Positions 50,601 through 62,640 of a DNA stretch of 64,000 nt are shown here, piece after piece (the stretch's first letter is position 1; the number at the start of each line of letters is the position of its first letter). Origin of the DNA: Owenia fusiformis (taxonomy: Eukaryota); contig CAIIXF020000001.1 in NCBI GenBank assembly GCA_903813345.2, positions 124,001 through 188,000 on the forward strand, in the 5' to 3' direction. A program made the position numbers and the translations under genes. The notes under the pieces are model-generated. The model did not search any database. It was given only the letters and a program-made list of their open reading frames with translations, and was not told where the DNA came from.

Positions 50601-52125
50601 CATCCAGAACAGACCCGGATTTAATCCGTTTGCGAGATATGATCATGAAAGGTTGGCCTGACAGCGTAAAATCAGTGCCACCTGATTTAAAACCATACTT
50701 TTCGGAGCGTGGAATGCTTAGTATACAAAATGATCTCATATTACACGGTACACGAATCGTAGTTCCGAGTAGTTTACGTGCTGAGATTCTTGAGCGTATC
50801 CATCATGGACACTTGGGAATTAATAAATGTCGTGCACGTGCTAGCGGTTCAGTGTATTGGCCTGGGATGAGCGGTGAGATTCGAGATATGGTAAATAAAT
50901 GTACGCATTGTGCAACTTACCGGAATGCACAGAGAAAAGAACCATTAATCCCGACAAAACTACCGGATCGTCCGTGGAGTCAAATTGCAGCGGATTTATG
51001 TGAATACAAAGGTAAGCATTGGCTCGTGGTAGTAGACTATTTTTCGAGATTTCCGGAAGTTGCAAGATTAGAAAAGAATACAACTACAAAGACAGTGATT
51101 GACAAGCTTAAAGCTATTTTTGCGCGATTTGGTATTTGCGACACTTTAAACTCAGATAATGGTCCACAATTCAAAAGTGCGGAATTTGCTGAGTTCGCCC
51201 GTAAATACAATTTCAACCATGTGACTTCTAGTCCAAATTTTGCGCAAAGTAATGGTCAAGTAGAGAGGGGAGTCCAAGTATTGAAACGCTTCCTTCACCA
51301 AGATGATCCATGCTTAGCTTTACTGTCATATAGATCAACACCCCATGCATTTACTCAAGTTTCTCCTGCTGAGTTACTGATGGGGAGAAAAATCAAATCA
51401 ACCATACCTACTTTGGCTACCAACCTAAAACCCAAATGGCCAAACTTGAAAGTTGTCAAAATGAATGATGAGAAAGCCAAAAGCTCCCACAAACATTACT
51501 TTGACAGGCGCCATGGTGTGCAACCATTGACTGATCTTACACCGGGTCAAAATGTCCTGTTAAAACGGGAGGGGGAAACGGCTTGGAATGTTAAAGGGAA
51601 AGTGAAATGTTCACATGAAAGTCCAAGATCTTACATTGTAGACACAGGTAATGGGATATATAGGCGAAATCGCAGTCATATTTTGAAGGTTCCTGACTTT
51701 AGTCAACCATTAGATGAAACCACAACTCCCATTCAGGCTAATGGAGCCATTAGTTCTGATACATCTATTCAAGATCACATATTACCCAGTGATCAAGCTG
51801 TAACTGCACCATTGTCTATTGAACAACCTAATCCACAACCTGATGATGTTCAACCTAGTGGTAGAATGCAAACTAGGTCACAAACTGGAACTGTTGTGAA
51901 TAAACCAGTACGTTACAGAGATTAGGGACATAAACATTTAAAGTGATACTAAAGTACATAAACATTTAAAGTGATACTAAAGTACCAAAAGAAAGTTCAT
52001 AGAAATAACTTTATGTATTAGAAATAACTTCATAAATACTTTAGTGACTGTTTTACATATACATACCCATTTTGTAATCTTAAGGGGAGATGTCATAATA
52101 TATGCTAACTTACTACCAAAACTGT
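47682..52125 (+). mobile_element. Gypsy/Ty3 LTR retrotransposon, Mag-like, near intact
   Basis: 5' LTR 47682-47872, PBS TGGTGTCAGA at 47873 (tRNA-Leu type), PPT aaggggaga at 52082-52090. The 3' LTR is retained only for 52091-52125, identical to the start of the 5' LTR. Confidence 0.95.
47901..51925 (+). CDS. Gag-pol polyprotein with one frameshift near 48100
   Basis: Gag WRHWISRFERF, double knuckle CGKC..H..C/CRYC..GH..C, protease LDSGA, RT FIDD, RNase H DASSYG, integrase HHGHLG...CTHC, SDNGPQF, SNGQVERGV. Contains a 1232-aa open frame. Confidence 0.93.
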
Positions 52126-52299
52126 GATTGTTTTTAATTGATGCAAACAGTATTATCAGTAAATGTAGGTATTTGCCTGTCCGACAAAATAATGAGATAA
52201 TGTACTGATACACATCTATGTAGCATAGATTAAGGTTTTACTTGTTATTGTATGTTGCATTTATCATGCAAAGTTGTAGTAAATTGTGACAGATTTATA

Positions 52300-55200
52300 T
52301 GCATCCATAGGTACAAATGAAGTTCTAAATGGGTCTATAGTTTCTACGATGAAACTTGAAAGGAAGCTGGCCTCAGTAGAGGTGTGGTCTCCTTAATGCT
52401 GGACGAAGTTAATGGATTGGTGTTCAAGCTGTGTTGAGTGTCAACAAAGAAAGTCCCCGAAAACCAAACCAAAAGCTCCACTAACTTGTATTCCAGTGAA
52501 GGGGAGACCATTTGAGGAAATTGCCATGGACTTTGTCGAATTACCACCCACGTCACGGGGTAATAAATATGCCATGGTGGTGGGTGATTACCTGACTAAA
52601 TGGGTTGAGGCCTATCCCATGAAAGACATTAAAACTGAGAGAACAGCGTCACTACTGGTCCGGGAATGGATATCAAGGTTTGGTTGTCCAGTCAGTATAA
52701 ATTCAGACCAGGGGTCTCAATTCGAAAGTAGACTGTTTAAAGAGCTATGCAGGGTACTTGAAACCAAGAAAAGAAGGACCACTTCATATCATCCAAAGAC
52801 AGATGGCATGATAGAGAGGAATAATAAAATGTTGATCAACTCTCTCTCCATATTTGCAAAAGAAAACCGTGACTGGGATCTAAAGCTACCTCTAGTCCTC
52901 TTTGCATATAGAACAAGTGTTCATAGTTCTACAGGGTTTTCGCCATTCATGCTGACCTTTGGCAGAGAAGCTCATTTACCCATAGACTGGATGGTTGGTG
53001 AAGCTTACCCAATTGAAAGGGTCTCTGCACAATCTTGGGTGGCTACTCTTCAGAGGGATATGAGGAAGGTATTTAACTTGGCTCAAGACAACATCAGTAA
53101 ATCTCAGAAGCGACAAAAGGCTCAATATGATAAGGATCTCAAAGGAACGTTCCAGAAATATGAACATGGTGACAAAGTCATGCTGTTTGACCTAACTGCA
53201 CGTGGAAAAGATGGGAAGCTTCATAATCCATGGAAAGGGCCATTTAAAATCTTAAAGCGCACATCTGATGTCACATATAAGGTGGACTTAGGCAACAAAG
53301 TTATCCATGTGAATTATGATAGGCTCAAGAAGTTTATCAGTAGAAGAAACTTCAACACCAATCAAGCTGATATTGAAAAACCCACACAAGATGGGAAAGC
53401 CAAGGGGTTGTCCATTCATTTGCATGGGTCAGATAGTGAAATTGACATTTCCAGTTCAGATGAGGAATGGGAAGATGATGTTATTATCAATAACAGAAAT
53501 AACCATGAAGGTGGAGAACAAGAGACTGTCCGAGTTACCAATCATCTCTCTAGTGAGGAAGATGATCTGTCTGGGGAGGAAGATGATACTTCTTCAGAAG
53601 CTAACTTTCATGAGTTGTCGCAAGATGATGAGGAACAGTTTTGGGATGAAGAACAGGAACTGCCATATGGTAAATCCCAATATACTGTGAATTTTCCCAA
53701 ACACCATTGTGAGGTCAGCAATAAAAACATTTTGCCAGCAGGTAGTAAGCGCAGCTGTACTAAGCACAAATAAATTCATGGGATAGTGTAGGTCAAGGAA
53801 GGGAGGAATGTAATATGGTATATTTTTATGTGTTTTCAGGTATAGAGTATAGTAGATTATTCTTCCCAGTGGCCTTATACTAACGCTTGTGGTGGTGGTT
53901 TGCTTTACAGAATATAGCAACAATACCTTGAGATACACGACAAATTGCACGATTCATAGCATGTGATCAGTGTTGCTTGTAGATGTAGTTTTGTAACATT
54001 AACTGATTTGCCTAGCGTAACAATCAAAGTGTGTATTCACAAGTGAACACAAGACCCGAATGAGTATTGGCAATTTATAGAAAGATATCGTCACGATTTA
54101 TAGCATGTGATCAGTGTGCTCGTAGATGTAGTTTTGTAACATTAACTGATTTGCCTAGCGTACCAATCAAAGTGTGTATTAACAGTGTCCAGTATTCACA
54201 AGTGAACTCAAGACCCGAATGAGTATTGGCAATTTATAGAAAGATATCGTCACGATTTATAGCATGTGATCAGGGTGCTCATAGATGTAGTTTTGTAACA
54301 TTAACTGATTTGCCTAGTGTAACAATTAACAGTGTCCAGTATTCACACGTGAACACGAGACCTGCATGAGTATTGGTGATTTATAGAAAGACATTGTTAC
54401 AGAGTATCCCCATATACATTGACTATTATGGTATACGATTAAATTGATTGGCACTAGTAATTATAGTGCTTCAGTAACATTCATAGTGTATATTAACAGT
54501 ATTCACTATTCATGCGTGAACTGGAAACCAGCATGAGTATCAGTGATTATCGATACAGAGTATTCCCATATACATTGACTATTATGGTGTTATAGCATTA
54601 ATTGATTGGCACTAGTAGTTATTGGATGTCACAATTTGCAGTGATCATCAATTACAGTATGAACCAGACAGAATATGTACCAGAGCGACCATATAGGAGC
54701 CTAAGATACTAGCATACCAGCACAATATCATTATAGAGTGTAACATGATACATTGAGCATTATGATGGCATATGATTCAATGATCGACATATTTGAGTTA
54801 TTATAGAGTGGTACAATAAACTTTGACCATTTGTACAGAAGGCCAGTCAATTAGTTGCTATAGAGTAGGATTGTGCTGAGTTAAGTAGTTGAACAAATCA
54901 AAGCCTTCATTGTACCGGAGTGACGATTAGAGTAACTGTTACCAGCAAACATTAGAATATCGCTTATATCATTACAGGGTGTCCCAATATACATTGTCTG
55001 ATTATTAACATTGAATCAGCAACATTCTGACTGATATATACACATTTTATGGGTCATTATGTCTTAATAAGATATTATAGCTGGAAACTTAACTCTTAGT
55101 AGTATTTATGCATTCATGTGTATTCATAGCATTTTAAGTATGCAACCATTATAGGTTAACTTTAGTTCATGAGTTATTAGAATATAGTTAAGTGTTAGGA

Positions 55201-55551
55201 CTTGCGGAACGAAGAGTAGTGAGTTAGTTAATTCAGATGGAAACACAGTGTTCCCACATACAGTAGGTAGTATAGGGTATTCGTTGTGAGCGATTAGGAT
55301 TACTCAGTTGATTTGGTGGTACCACAAGGTTAAGTTAGGATCTCAGATAATTTGGGTAACCAGGGTCACAGACTAGTAAAAGTAGCGAGTAACCATTACT
55401 GGTCTTTATTTGGTTTCATTACTAACCGCTTTGAGAGTTTGTGGTATAACTACCCTTTTATTGTACATGTAATATAGATGTATATGTTACTTTAACATTG
55501 TTTCAAAATATATTTCCATATTAAAACTACCTATATTTGTGAGTAATTACA
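52300..55551 (+). mobile_element. 3' part of a second Gypsy element: integrase, acidic tail, PPT and 1.74-kb LTR
   Basis: ORF 52412-53773 (IAMDFV, SDQGSQFES, YHPKTDGMIER, WKGPF). Purine tract aaggaagggaggaa at 53795-53808. LTR TGTAAT (53809)...ATTACA (55551) with internal 144-159-bp repeats. Confidence 0.82.
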
Positions 55552-56085
55552 TTTCGAAAAATCTTCAAAATGGCTGCCAGAAAACAAGATGGCCACCCAA
55601 AAGTTAATCAGCTCTAGTACTTGATATCCTCTATCATTTGTGTAAATTTGAAGGAAATCCGATGAGCGGATTTTCTGAAATGGCGATGACAAGATTTTTC
55701 GAAAAATCTTCAAAGTGGCTGCCAGAAAACAAGATGGCCGCCCAAAAGTTAATCAGCTCTAGTACTTGATATCCTCTATCATTTGTGTAAATTTGAAGGA
55801 AATCCAATGAGCAGTTTTCCTGAAATGGCGATGACAAGATTTTTCGAAAAACCTTCAAAATGGCCGCCAGAAAACAAGATGGCCACCCAAAAGTTAATCA
55901 GCTCTAGTACTTCATATGCTCTATCATCTCTGCGAATTTGGAGAAAATCTGATTAGCAGTTTAACTTAAACGGCGATGACAAAAAGCGGGACGATCACGA
56001 TCACGACCACGACCACGATCACGACCACGATCACGATCACGACCAGTATGACGACTATATCCCACCGATGGTGTGATAATAACAA
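55552..56085 (+). mobile_element. HINE-like element end: 145-bp tandem repeats, (CACGAY)n microsatellite, terminal hairpin
   Basis: Units at 55571, 55716 and 55861; cacgat/cacgac run at about 55991-56045; tatcccacc-gat-ggtgtgata. Confidence 0.7.
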
Positions 56086-56660
56086 AAATACCAAGATTTA
56101 GCTTATGAATATCTTCTGATTTAAGTATCTTTATTTTCTTAAACTGTAGAGAGGAATCATCTGTTCTAACACTGTTTGTAATTAGTCTTAAGAATCTTTT
56201 TTGTACTTTCAGAATTTGAAACAATAGAGCTTTAGTTGCTGTTCCCCAGATAAGAATACAATAATTTATATGGCTATATATAAGAGAGTACTAAATAGAC
56301 ATCATTGCAGTGTGATTTATCTTATTTTTGACCTTGTAAAGAATTCCTACTACTTGTGAAATTTTGGTAGATACATGAGCAATATGCTCATTCCATTTAA
56401 GTTCATCATCGATAATAACTCCAGGGAAAGAAGTCTTTGAAATTCTTTCAATGGGTTTATTTCTAATTTTAATATTTAGCATTTTTATTTCAGATTCTTT
56501 TAATTTGTGTAGATGAAAGATCATGAATTTTGATTTTTCTATATTAAGCGATAATTTATTTGCACATAGCCATTCGTCAAGATTTTCTAATTCAGAGTTG
56601 ACTTGATTAATGAGAGTACTTAGGTTTTTATGTGAGCAGAGAAGGTTTGTATCATCTGTC
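56086..56660 (-). mobile_element. L2/Crack-like LINE RT fragment
   Basis: ADDTNLL...WLCANKLSLNIEKSKFMIF...GVIIDDELKWNEHI...QKRFLRLIT. Confidence 0.8.
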
Positions 56661-57013
56661 TATTACAAAGCATCTGAGGTACGTAAATTTATATGAACAA
56701 CTGAGTCAATAGGGATAAATAGCCCAAAGAGAGTCGGCGCTCTTGAAAAATACTTGGATCTTGATTACAATCCTGGTATTGATATCTTATCTCGTTTGAA
56801 GAACGTTTTTGACGTCTTTGACCAAAATGTTACTTTCCAGCTGAACCTAAAGTAACAAGTGAAAAAGTAACACTGTCTGTGCCAGTAATAAGTGTCAAAA
56901 TACAAAGAGACTAATCAAGCAGCATAAAAGTGCTTAATGGATAGAAAGAAAGAAAGATGAGGCGTCAGTAGAATAATTGCATTGCTTATATACCATGACA
57001 CATGAATACTTAC

Positions 57014-57395
57014 CAAGAATGTCGCCTAAAACACCATCCAACCAGAAAGTTCCCCGTTTTTACTAACGAGCTTCAACTTTTAGAATTCAAGTTAAAACTT
57101 TCATTTCCGCCAGATTTCCGCTTTGTCTTTGTTCACAAATGGATTCATTAATATTATGATTAATGTTTTTATTGAGGAGAAATTCAATCATAAAGCTGAG
57201 ATAGTATTTCAATCTCAATTTAGGTCATTACTTTGCTATATTAGGAAAAAATTGATATTAAAATTGTAACTGTGGTGCTGCCTTCCCAGGATGCAACATT
57301 AATGGTGGCAGTAAAATAAAACATCACATTTTATGACATAAATCAAGCCGCTTTGGGGAATTTACACAGAGAAAAGGATCACAAAGAGGCATAAA
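57014..57395. promoter_or_regulatory. Candidate bidirectional promoter and putative CNPY2 non-coding first exon
   Basis: TE-free interval upstream of the RAD23 ATG, with a strong minus-strand donor TTG|GTAAGTA at 57013 and TTTCCG (ETS/E2F-like) motifs near 57105-57121. Confidence 0.45.
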
Positions 57396-57461
57396 ATGTT
57401 GGTTACGTTGAAAACATTGCAGCAACAGACCTTCAAAATTGAAGTGGACCCCGACGATACG
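57396..57461 (+). CDS. RAD23: UV excision repair protein RAD23, first coding exon (MLVTLKTLQQQTFKIEVDPDDT)
   Basis: Manual translation closely matches the RAD23 ubiquitin-like N-terminus MQVTLKTLQQQTFKIDIDPEET. Followed by ACG|GTAAAT donor. Exon 2 was not found in the window. Confidence 0.93.
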
Positions 57462-57841
57462 GTAAATAAGAATTTTAATAATATTTAGGCAAAAAAATCT
57501 TTTTTTGATGAATCATGAAACTAGCCTACCTCTATTTAGATTCTAGGACCTAGTCTAGAAGCATATGTTGTTTAATTGTGTAGTTTCAGAAGAAAAACGC
57601 TTATTTGATTTTCAGATATCTGATTTGGTACTTTGATTCAACCTTGCATATAAGCAAGCATCTTCACAGATTGTTAGAACTATTACACTCGCCATAAACA
57701 AAAATCCCTTTGCCATGATCTTAAGGTGCTATGGAACTTAACAGGAAATGACAAAACAGGAAGTGACAATTTTTTTTGCATTTTTAGATATTTTTTGAAT
57801 AAAGATAACAAGAGTTCTGGTTTGACCTCCAGTCAATTTAA

Positions 57842-59497
57842 GGTAACCGTTAACTTAATCAAAAGTACAAAAAAATGGCAGCCATATATTTTTGACTAAG
57901 TCACATGATTTTGTATTCTGTTTTCCTTATATGTGAATGCATTTCCTGACTAAAGAGACATGTCAAAGAAAACTTCACTTTTAAACGCATTTTTTATAAC
58001 TATGAATTGGAGGTGCATGGGTCCCCAAAGCTAACATTAAGACCGTGAAATGAGGCTAATTTTTGAAAGTTTGAAGGAGTAGCCTTGCAACAGTCAAACA
58101 TTTGCAAGAATCCAAAATTTCCACAAGTCATCTTTAGTGCTTGCAACGGTAATGGATCTCACTGCCGGTAAATTTCACCTCCATTACCTTACCGTTACCG
58201 ATAATCGTTGATACTGATAATGTTCCTAAAATCCCGGGGAAAAACCTGAAAGTGAAACTAAAATATTTGGAAAAATCCTTAACGAAGCCGATTTCTCAGC
58301 TTGATTTCCCGCTCACATCAACTACAGTGGATAAATTGTATCATCGTGTATCTCGTGTGTGATTGTGTATTGTTTGGAAGTCTTTTAATGATAATATAGA
58401 GTGAATTCGATCAAAATTGATCAAACTATTTGTGTTTGTTTTTACATCACCGAAATATCACGTCACGTGATTTGTTAATCTCGCGGCACGGGAGATGATT
58501 GACAGAAGTGGGTGGGGTTTTGCTTATCCTCCCGCCTTTTACGAATGCTTTGCAGTTGATTGACAGATTAGCTCTTCAATTGTGGAGATTGAAATATACA
58601 TGATTGATAAAATATTCTTAAACGAACGTTGTTCCGTAAATTTGACAATGGATCGCAATGCCAATCATCATGTTGCAGCAGCATGGCGATTATCGGCAAT
58701 GGATTTTATTACCGGCAATTGAGAGTATCTACTGCCGCTGCCGACAACCCGGCATTACCGTAAGGCACTAGTCATCTTACCTTACCAAGGAACATCGAGG
58801 GAGCATGAAAATGTGTTCTTCTTGCATTGTTAGAGTATGATAAAGCTCAAACCATAGTTGCTGATAAATATTTCATGTCCACCATTTTTTCTGCCGGAAC
58901 TACTTCTAGACTTCCTGTAATCCTCATATAGGTTTTTGTGACTTCACTTAGAGGCATGGATTATCACTAGTTTACTTTATATATAACAGTATAATAATCA
59001 TGATAGATACATAATTGATATGTTGTTTTTTAAATGTAAACAATGGAAACATGAGTGAGGATTATTTTGGACTAGAAAATAGTCCCAGCAAACAAAATGG
59101 TAGACATGAAATATTTAGAATTTAATTTGGTTTGAGCTTTATTATACTCTAACAATGCATGAAGTACACATTTTAATGCTCCTTCAGTGTTCCTTGGTAA
59201 GGTAAGATGATTTGTGGAAATTTTGGAGTCTTACAAATGTGACTCCATTGCAATCCTACTCCTTGAAATTTTAAAAAGTTATCCTCACTTCACGGTCTCC
59301 ATGCTAGCTTTAGGGACCCATGCACCACCAATTCATCGTTAAAAAAAATGCGTTTAAATGTGAAGCTTTCTTTGACATGTCTCTTTAGTCAGGAAATGCA
59401 TTCACATATAAGGAAAACAGAAAACAAAATCTTGTGACTTAGTCAAAATAATATGCCTGCCATTTTTTTTGTACTTTTGATTAACTTAAGCGTTACC
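57842..59497. mobile_element. Nested palindromic TTAA-specific element
   Basis: TTAA|ggtaac...gttacc|TTAA with about 400-bp inverted arms. The empty site ccagtcagtttaactagttcc is visible in the tandem copy. Confidence 0.85.
58135..58770. mobile_element. hAT-type MITE; inverted second copy at 63535 to about 63955
   Basis: tagtgc...gcacta termini with a perfect 8-bp GTCATCTT duplication (58127-34, 58771-78). Confidence 0.9.
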
Positions 59498-60187
59498 TTA
59501 ACTATTTCCACATATCATTTACATGACCAGGATCACAATGTGCATGGTCAGAATGACCCTAAACATGATGAAATAACCTTTTTAGCCCTTTGAAAGTGTG
59601 ACTGAAAAAAAGCTAAAAGTAGGAGCGTAGGGAAGCTCACTGAACAGAATCTTTTGAATTTTTCAGAAAATGTGCCCAATATATTGCTCTAAATGATACA
59701 ATCTTTGAAAATTTGATATCATTCATAGAAAAAGAAAAAAAATGAAAAAACTGATTTGAAAAGCGATCTATTTTCCTTTTTATGACTGCCATTTTTGTTT
59801 AAGACAATTTTCTAAAATTTCAAAGATTGTACTAGTTAGAGCATTATATTGGGCACCTTAAGGTGCTATGGAAGTTAACAGGAAATGACAAAACAAAAAA
59901 TGTCAAAACCATGCTGGATTTTGAAAATTATTTGAACCAAGACAACAGACTTCTGTTTGGACCTCCAGTCAGTTTAACTAGTTCCACATATCATTTACAT
60001 GACCAGGAACACAATGGAAATGGTCAGAATGACCATAAACATGATGAAATAACCTTTTCAGCCCTCTGAAAATGTGACTGAAAAATGGCTAAGAGGAGGT
60101 GCTCAGAAAAGGTCACTGACAGAATCTTTTGACTTTTTCAGAAAATGTGCCCAATATCACAGGCTGGTATCGAAAAATTTGTCCGCT

Positions 60188-60810
60188 GTGACGGAGCATG
60201 CTATTTTTCATAAAAACACTAAGAATGCTTCACAATTTATTTTTTAACTCATATGTTTCGTTATATCAAAGATAGAATTACTTACTCCATCTTAAATCTA
60301 TTGAAAATGGCGCCAGAGTATCAAACTCTAAAATGTACCATTTCTTTTTTAATTTTTTAATGGCATGATATTGTGACACAACAATATTAACATATGTTTT
60401 AAGCATAACTCTGAATGTATTAATGAGATATTAATGCATTGGGTCTTTTTAATTCTTTTATAAAAACAATATTAATATTCTTTGTCCGCTGTGACGGAGC
60501 ATTTTCACAGTTCACATTTATACCTTCATAGTTATGCTGAAACCATGTGTAAATATTATCGTGTCACTATATTGTGCCATTAGAAAGTTAAACAAGAAAT
60601 GGTATAACATTTTGAAGTATGATACTCCGGCGCCATTTTCAATAGCTTTTCTTCCCAGCGTAATTGGACTTCAAACAGAAGTTACCCGCAAATGATAAAC
60701 CCATTGCATGGAGTAAGTAATTTTGTATGGTATAACGAAACATATGAGTTAAAAAATAAATCGTGAAGTATTCTTAGTGTTTTTATGAAAAATAGCATGC
60801 TCCGTCACAG
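60188..60810. repeat. Inverted-repeat element with about 80-140-bp arms
   Basis: ctgtgacggagcatgctatttttcataaaaacactaagaat ... attcttagtgtttttatgaaaaatagcatgctccgtcacag. Confidence 0.75.
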
Positions 60811-61007
60811 AGCAAGCCTCGAAACTCGCGTTGCTATGGTAGTTAATAACTACCTGATTTTAAAGAAAAGCTACCTATTATTTTACCCAGTAGTTATTTT
60901 GGCCACCAACACTCTTAGATTGAGCCAAGTATTGTATGATTTGAAGCAATTTTTAACAATTTTGCAAAGGGTTACTCAGTTACACTTGCACTTTACATAG
61001 TTCAACT

Positions 61008-61435
61008 TATATTATTATTATTATTATTATTATTATTATGAGCTTTATTATACTTGTATCCCACATTTGGGCAAAGTGTACAGCTTAAAAAGAAAAAAAA
61101 AAAATGAAAAAGCCTAACTAATTATCTATATATTATATTAACTAATCAAAGGGTGCTTGATCATTGCAAGATTTTATTGGATGCATTTCGTGTTTTTTTC
61201 TCTCTCGATAAAAATATTAGATATATATTTTGCTAGTATATTTAATATTATTCCCTCTGAATTAAATAGAAACATTAATTTATGTTCCACGTTATTCATG
61301 TTTTCTAAATTTTGACAGTGTTTTTTTATTTTATCCATGTAACTTGACCGAGCATCTTTTAACTCATTGCATTCTAATAGGAAATGGCATTCTGAACCGG
61401 TTTTCTTATTACACATTGAACATTTTCTTTCTTCA
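61008..61435 (-). mobile_element. RTEX-like LINE 3' end with (TAA)n tail
   Basis: CNKKTGSECHFLLECNELKDAR...ILAKYISNIF, then AATAAA and a (TAA)n microsatellite. Confidence 0.72.
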
Positions 61436-62339
61436 ATAGGAATATGAGAATACCCCTGGCCCTGTACATGTATAAATCAATTTTATCCTTCACTTGTTTT
61501 AAGGAAAGGGAAATACCCCAGAATTCATAGATGCACACTTCTCTGACGTAAACTAGATCATTGATTGGCCAAGGGGGGTTCATTTGGGGTTATGGGAAAG
61601 TACCTCTTCTTTGTCTTAGCGTGAGAAAATCTGATCACAGTGAAAATGAAATTCAAATCTGTCAATCAACTCATAAACAAAACCGCCCAGCTCTGACGTT
61701 TGACCAATCAGAAAGCATTTCAATGTAAACAACCTAGAATGTAGTAGTAGTATGAAGTGTGCCCAGAGTCAGCCAACAACCAATCAAATCATGTATATTG
61801 CTGTCATACTAAAACAATGCTTTACAGCTAATTATAAATAATACCGATCTCAAAGATGGAATGTAAACTTCAAATTATAAAAACTTGAAATCCCTATGAT
61901 GTTTTATTGGATCTATCTTCCCAATTAAATGTGCATTTAGAAGTCAGTAGTAGCATTAAGCCATCAAGTCCTATGCTTTTACTTCCTGCGAAAGCTATTT
62001 GGATTTTGATAAGTTTCAAAATCTAACATGGCTCTCGAAGTGAGTAACTATGCTTACTATAATCTAGGGATTACTGAACACATTTGGCTCAAATCTGCCA
62101 GGTCGGAAGAGTTATATAGGGATCTGAATTATTCCATTTGTGTCCAGTGGCAATTTGTACCTTAGGGAAACCCCTGGTCAGGGGGGTTTCACTAGAATAG
62201 TGAAAAACAACATGCAAAATCAATGGAAATCATTTATTTAACATGGAAAATTTGAAACGTCCCTGAAAAACAACAGCAGATTTTGTGAAAACAACATGAA
62301 AATCGCCTGTTGCTAATGAAACCCTTGAAATGAAATACA

Positions 62340-62640
62340 TGTAGGTACACCCCCTCCAAAAAGTTTGTAAACAATTGCAATCTAGTTTCAGTCCCCTCCA
62401 ACATAATATACTGTATAATGGTTATATGCGCACTCCCCTCCAAAAGTTTTTTAGAACAATTTTAATAGGTAAATTCCCCTCCCAAAAGTTTGGAAACAAT
62501 TGTATTAGGAATACTACCCTATAAAAGTATGGAAACAGTTATAAAGGAACACTCCCTAAAAAGTTTGGAAAGAAATGTAGTAGGTACACTCCCTCCAAAA
62601 GTTTGGAAACAATTGTAATAGGTGCACTCCCTTTCAAAAT
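62340..62640. repeat. About 40-bp diverged minisatellite
   Basis: ccctccaaaagtttggaaacaattgtaataggtacact-like unit, about 6 copies. Confidence 0.7.

Larger units (their letters stand above)
57725..59857. mobile_element. Kolobok-like non-autonomous element with TTAA target duplication; a second copy follows in tandem (59862 to about 60157)
   Basis: TTAA|ggtgc...gcacc|TTAA|ggtgc; the two copies align. Confidence 0.75.
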
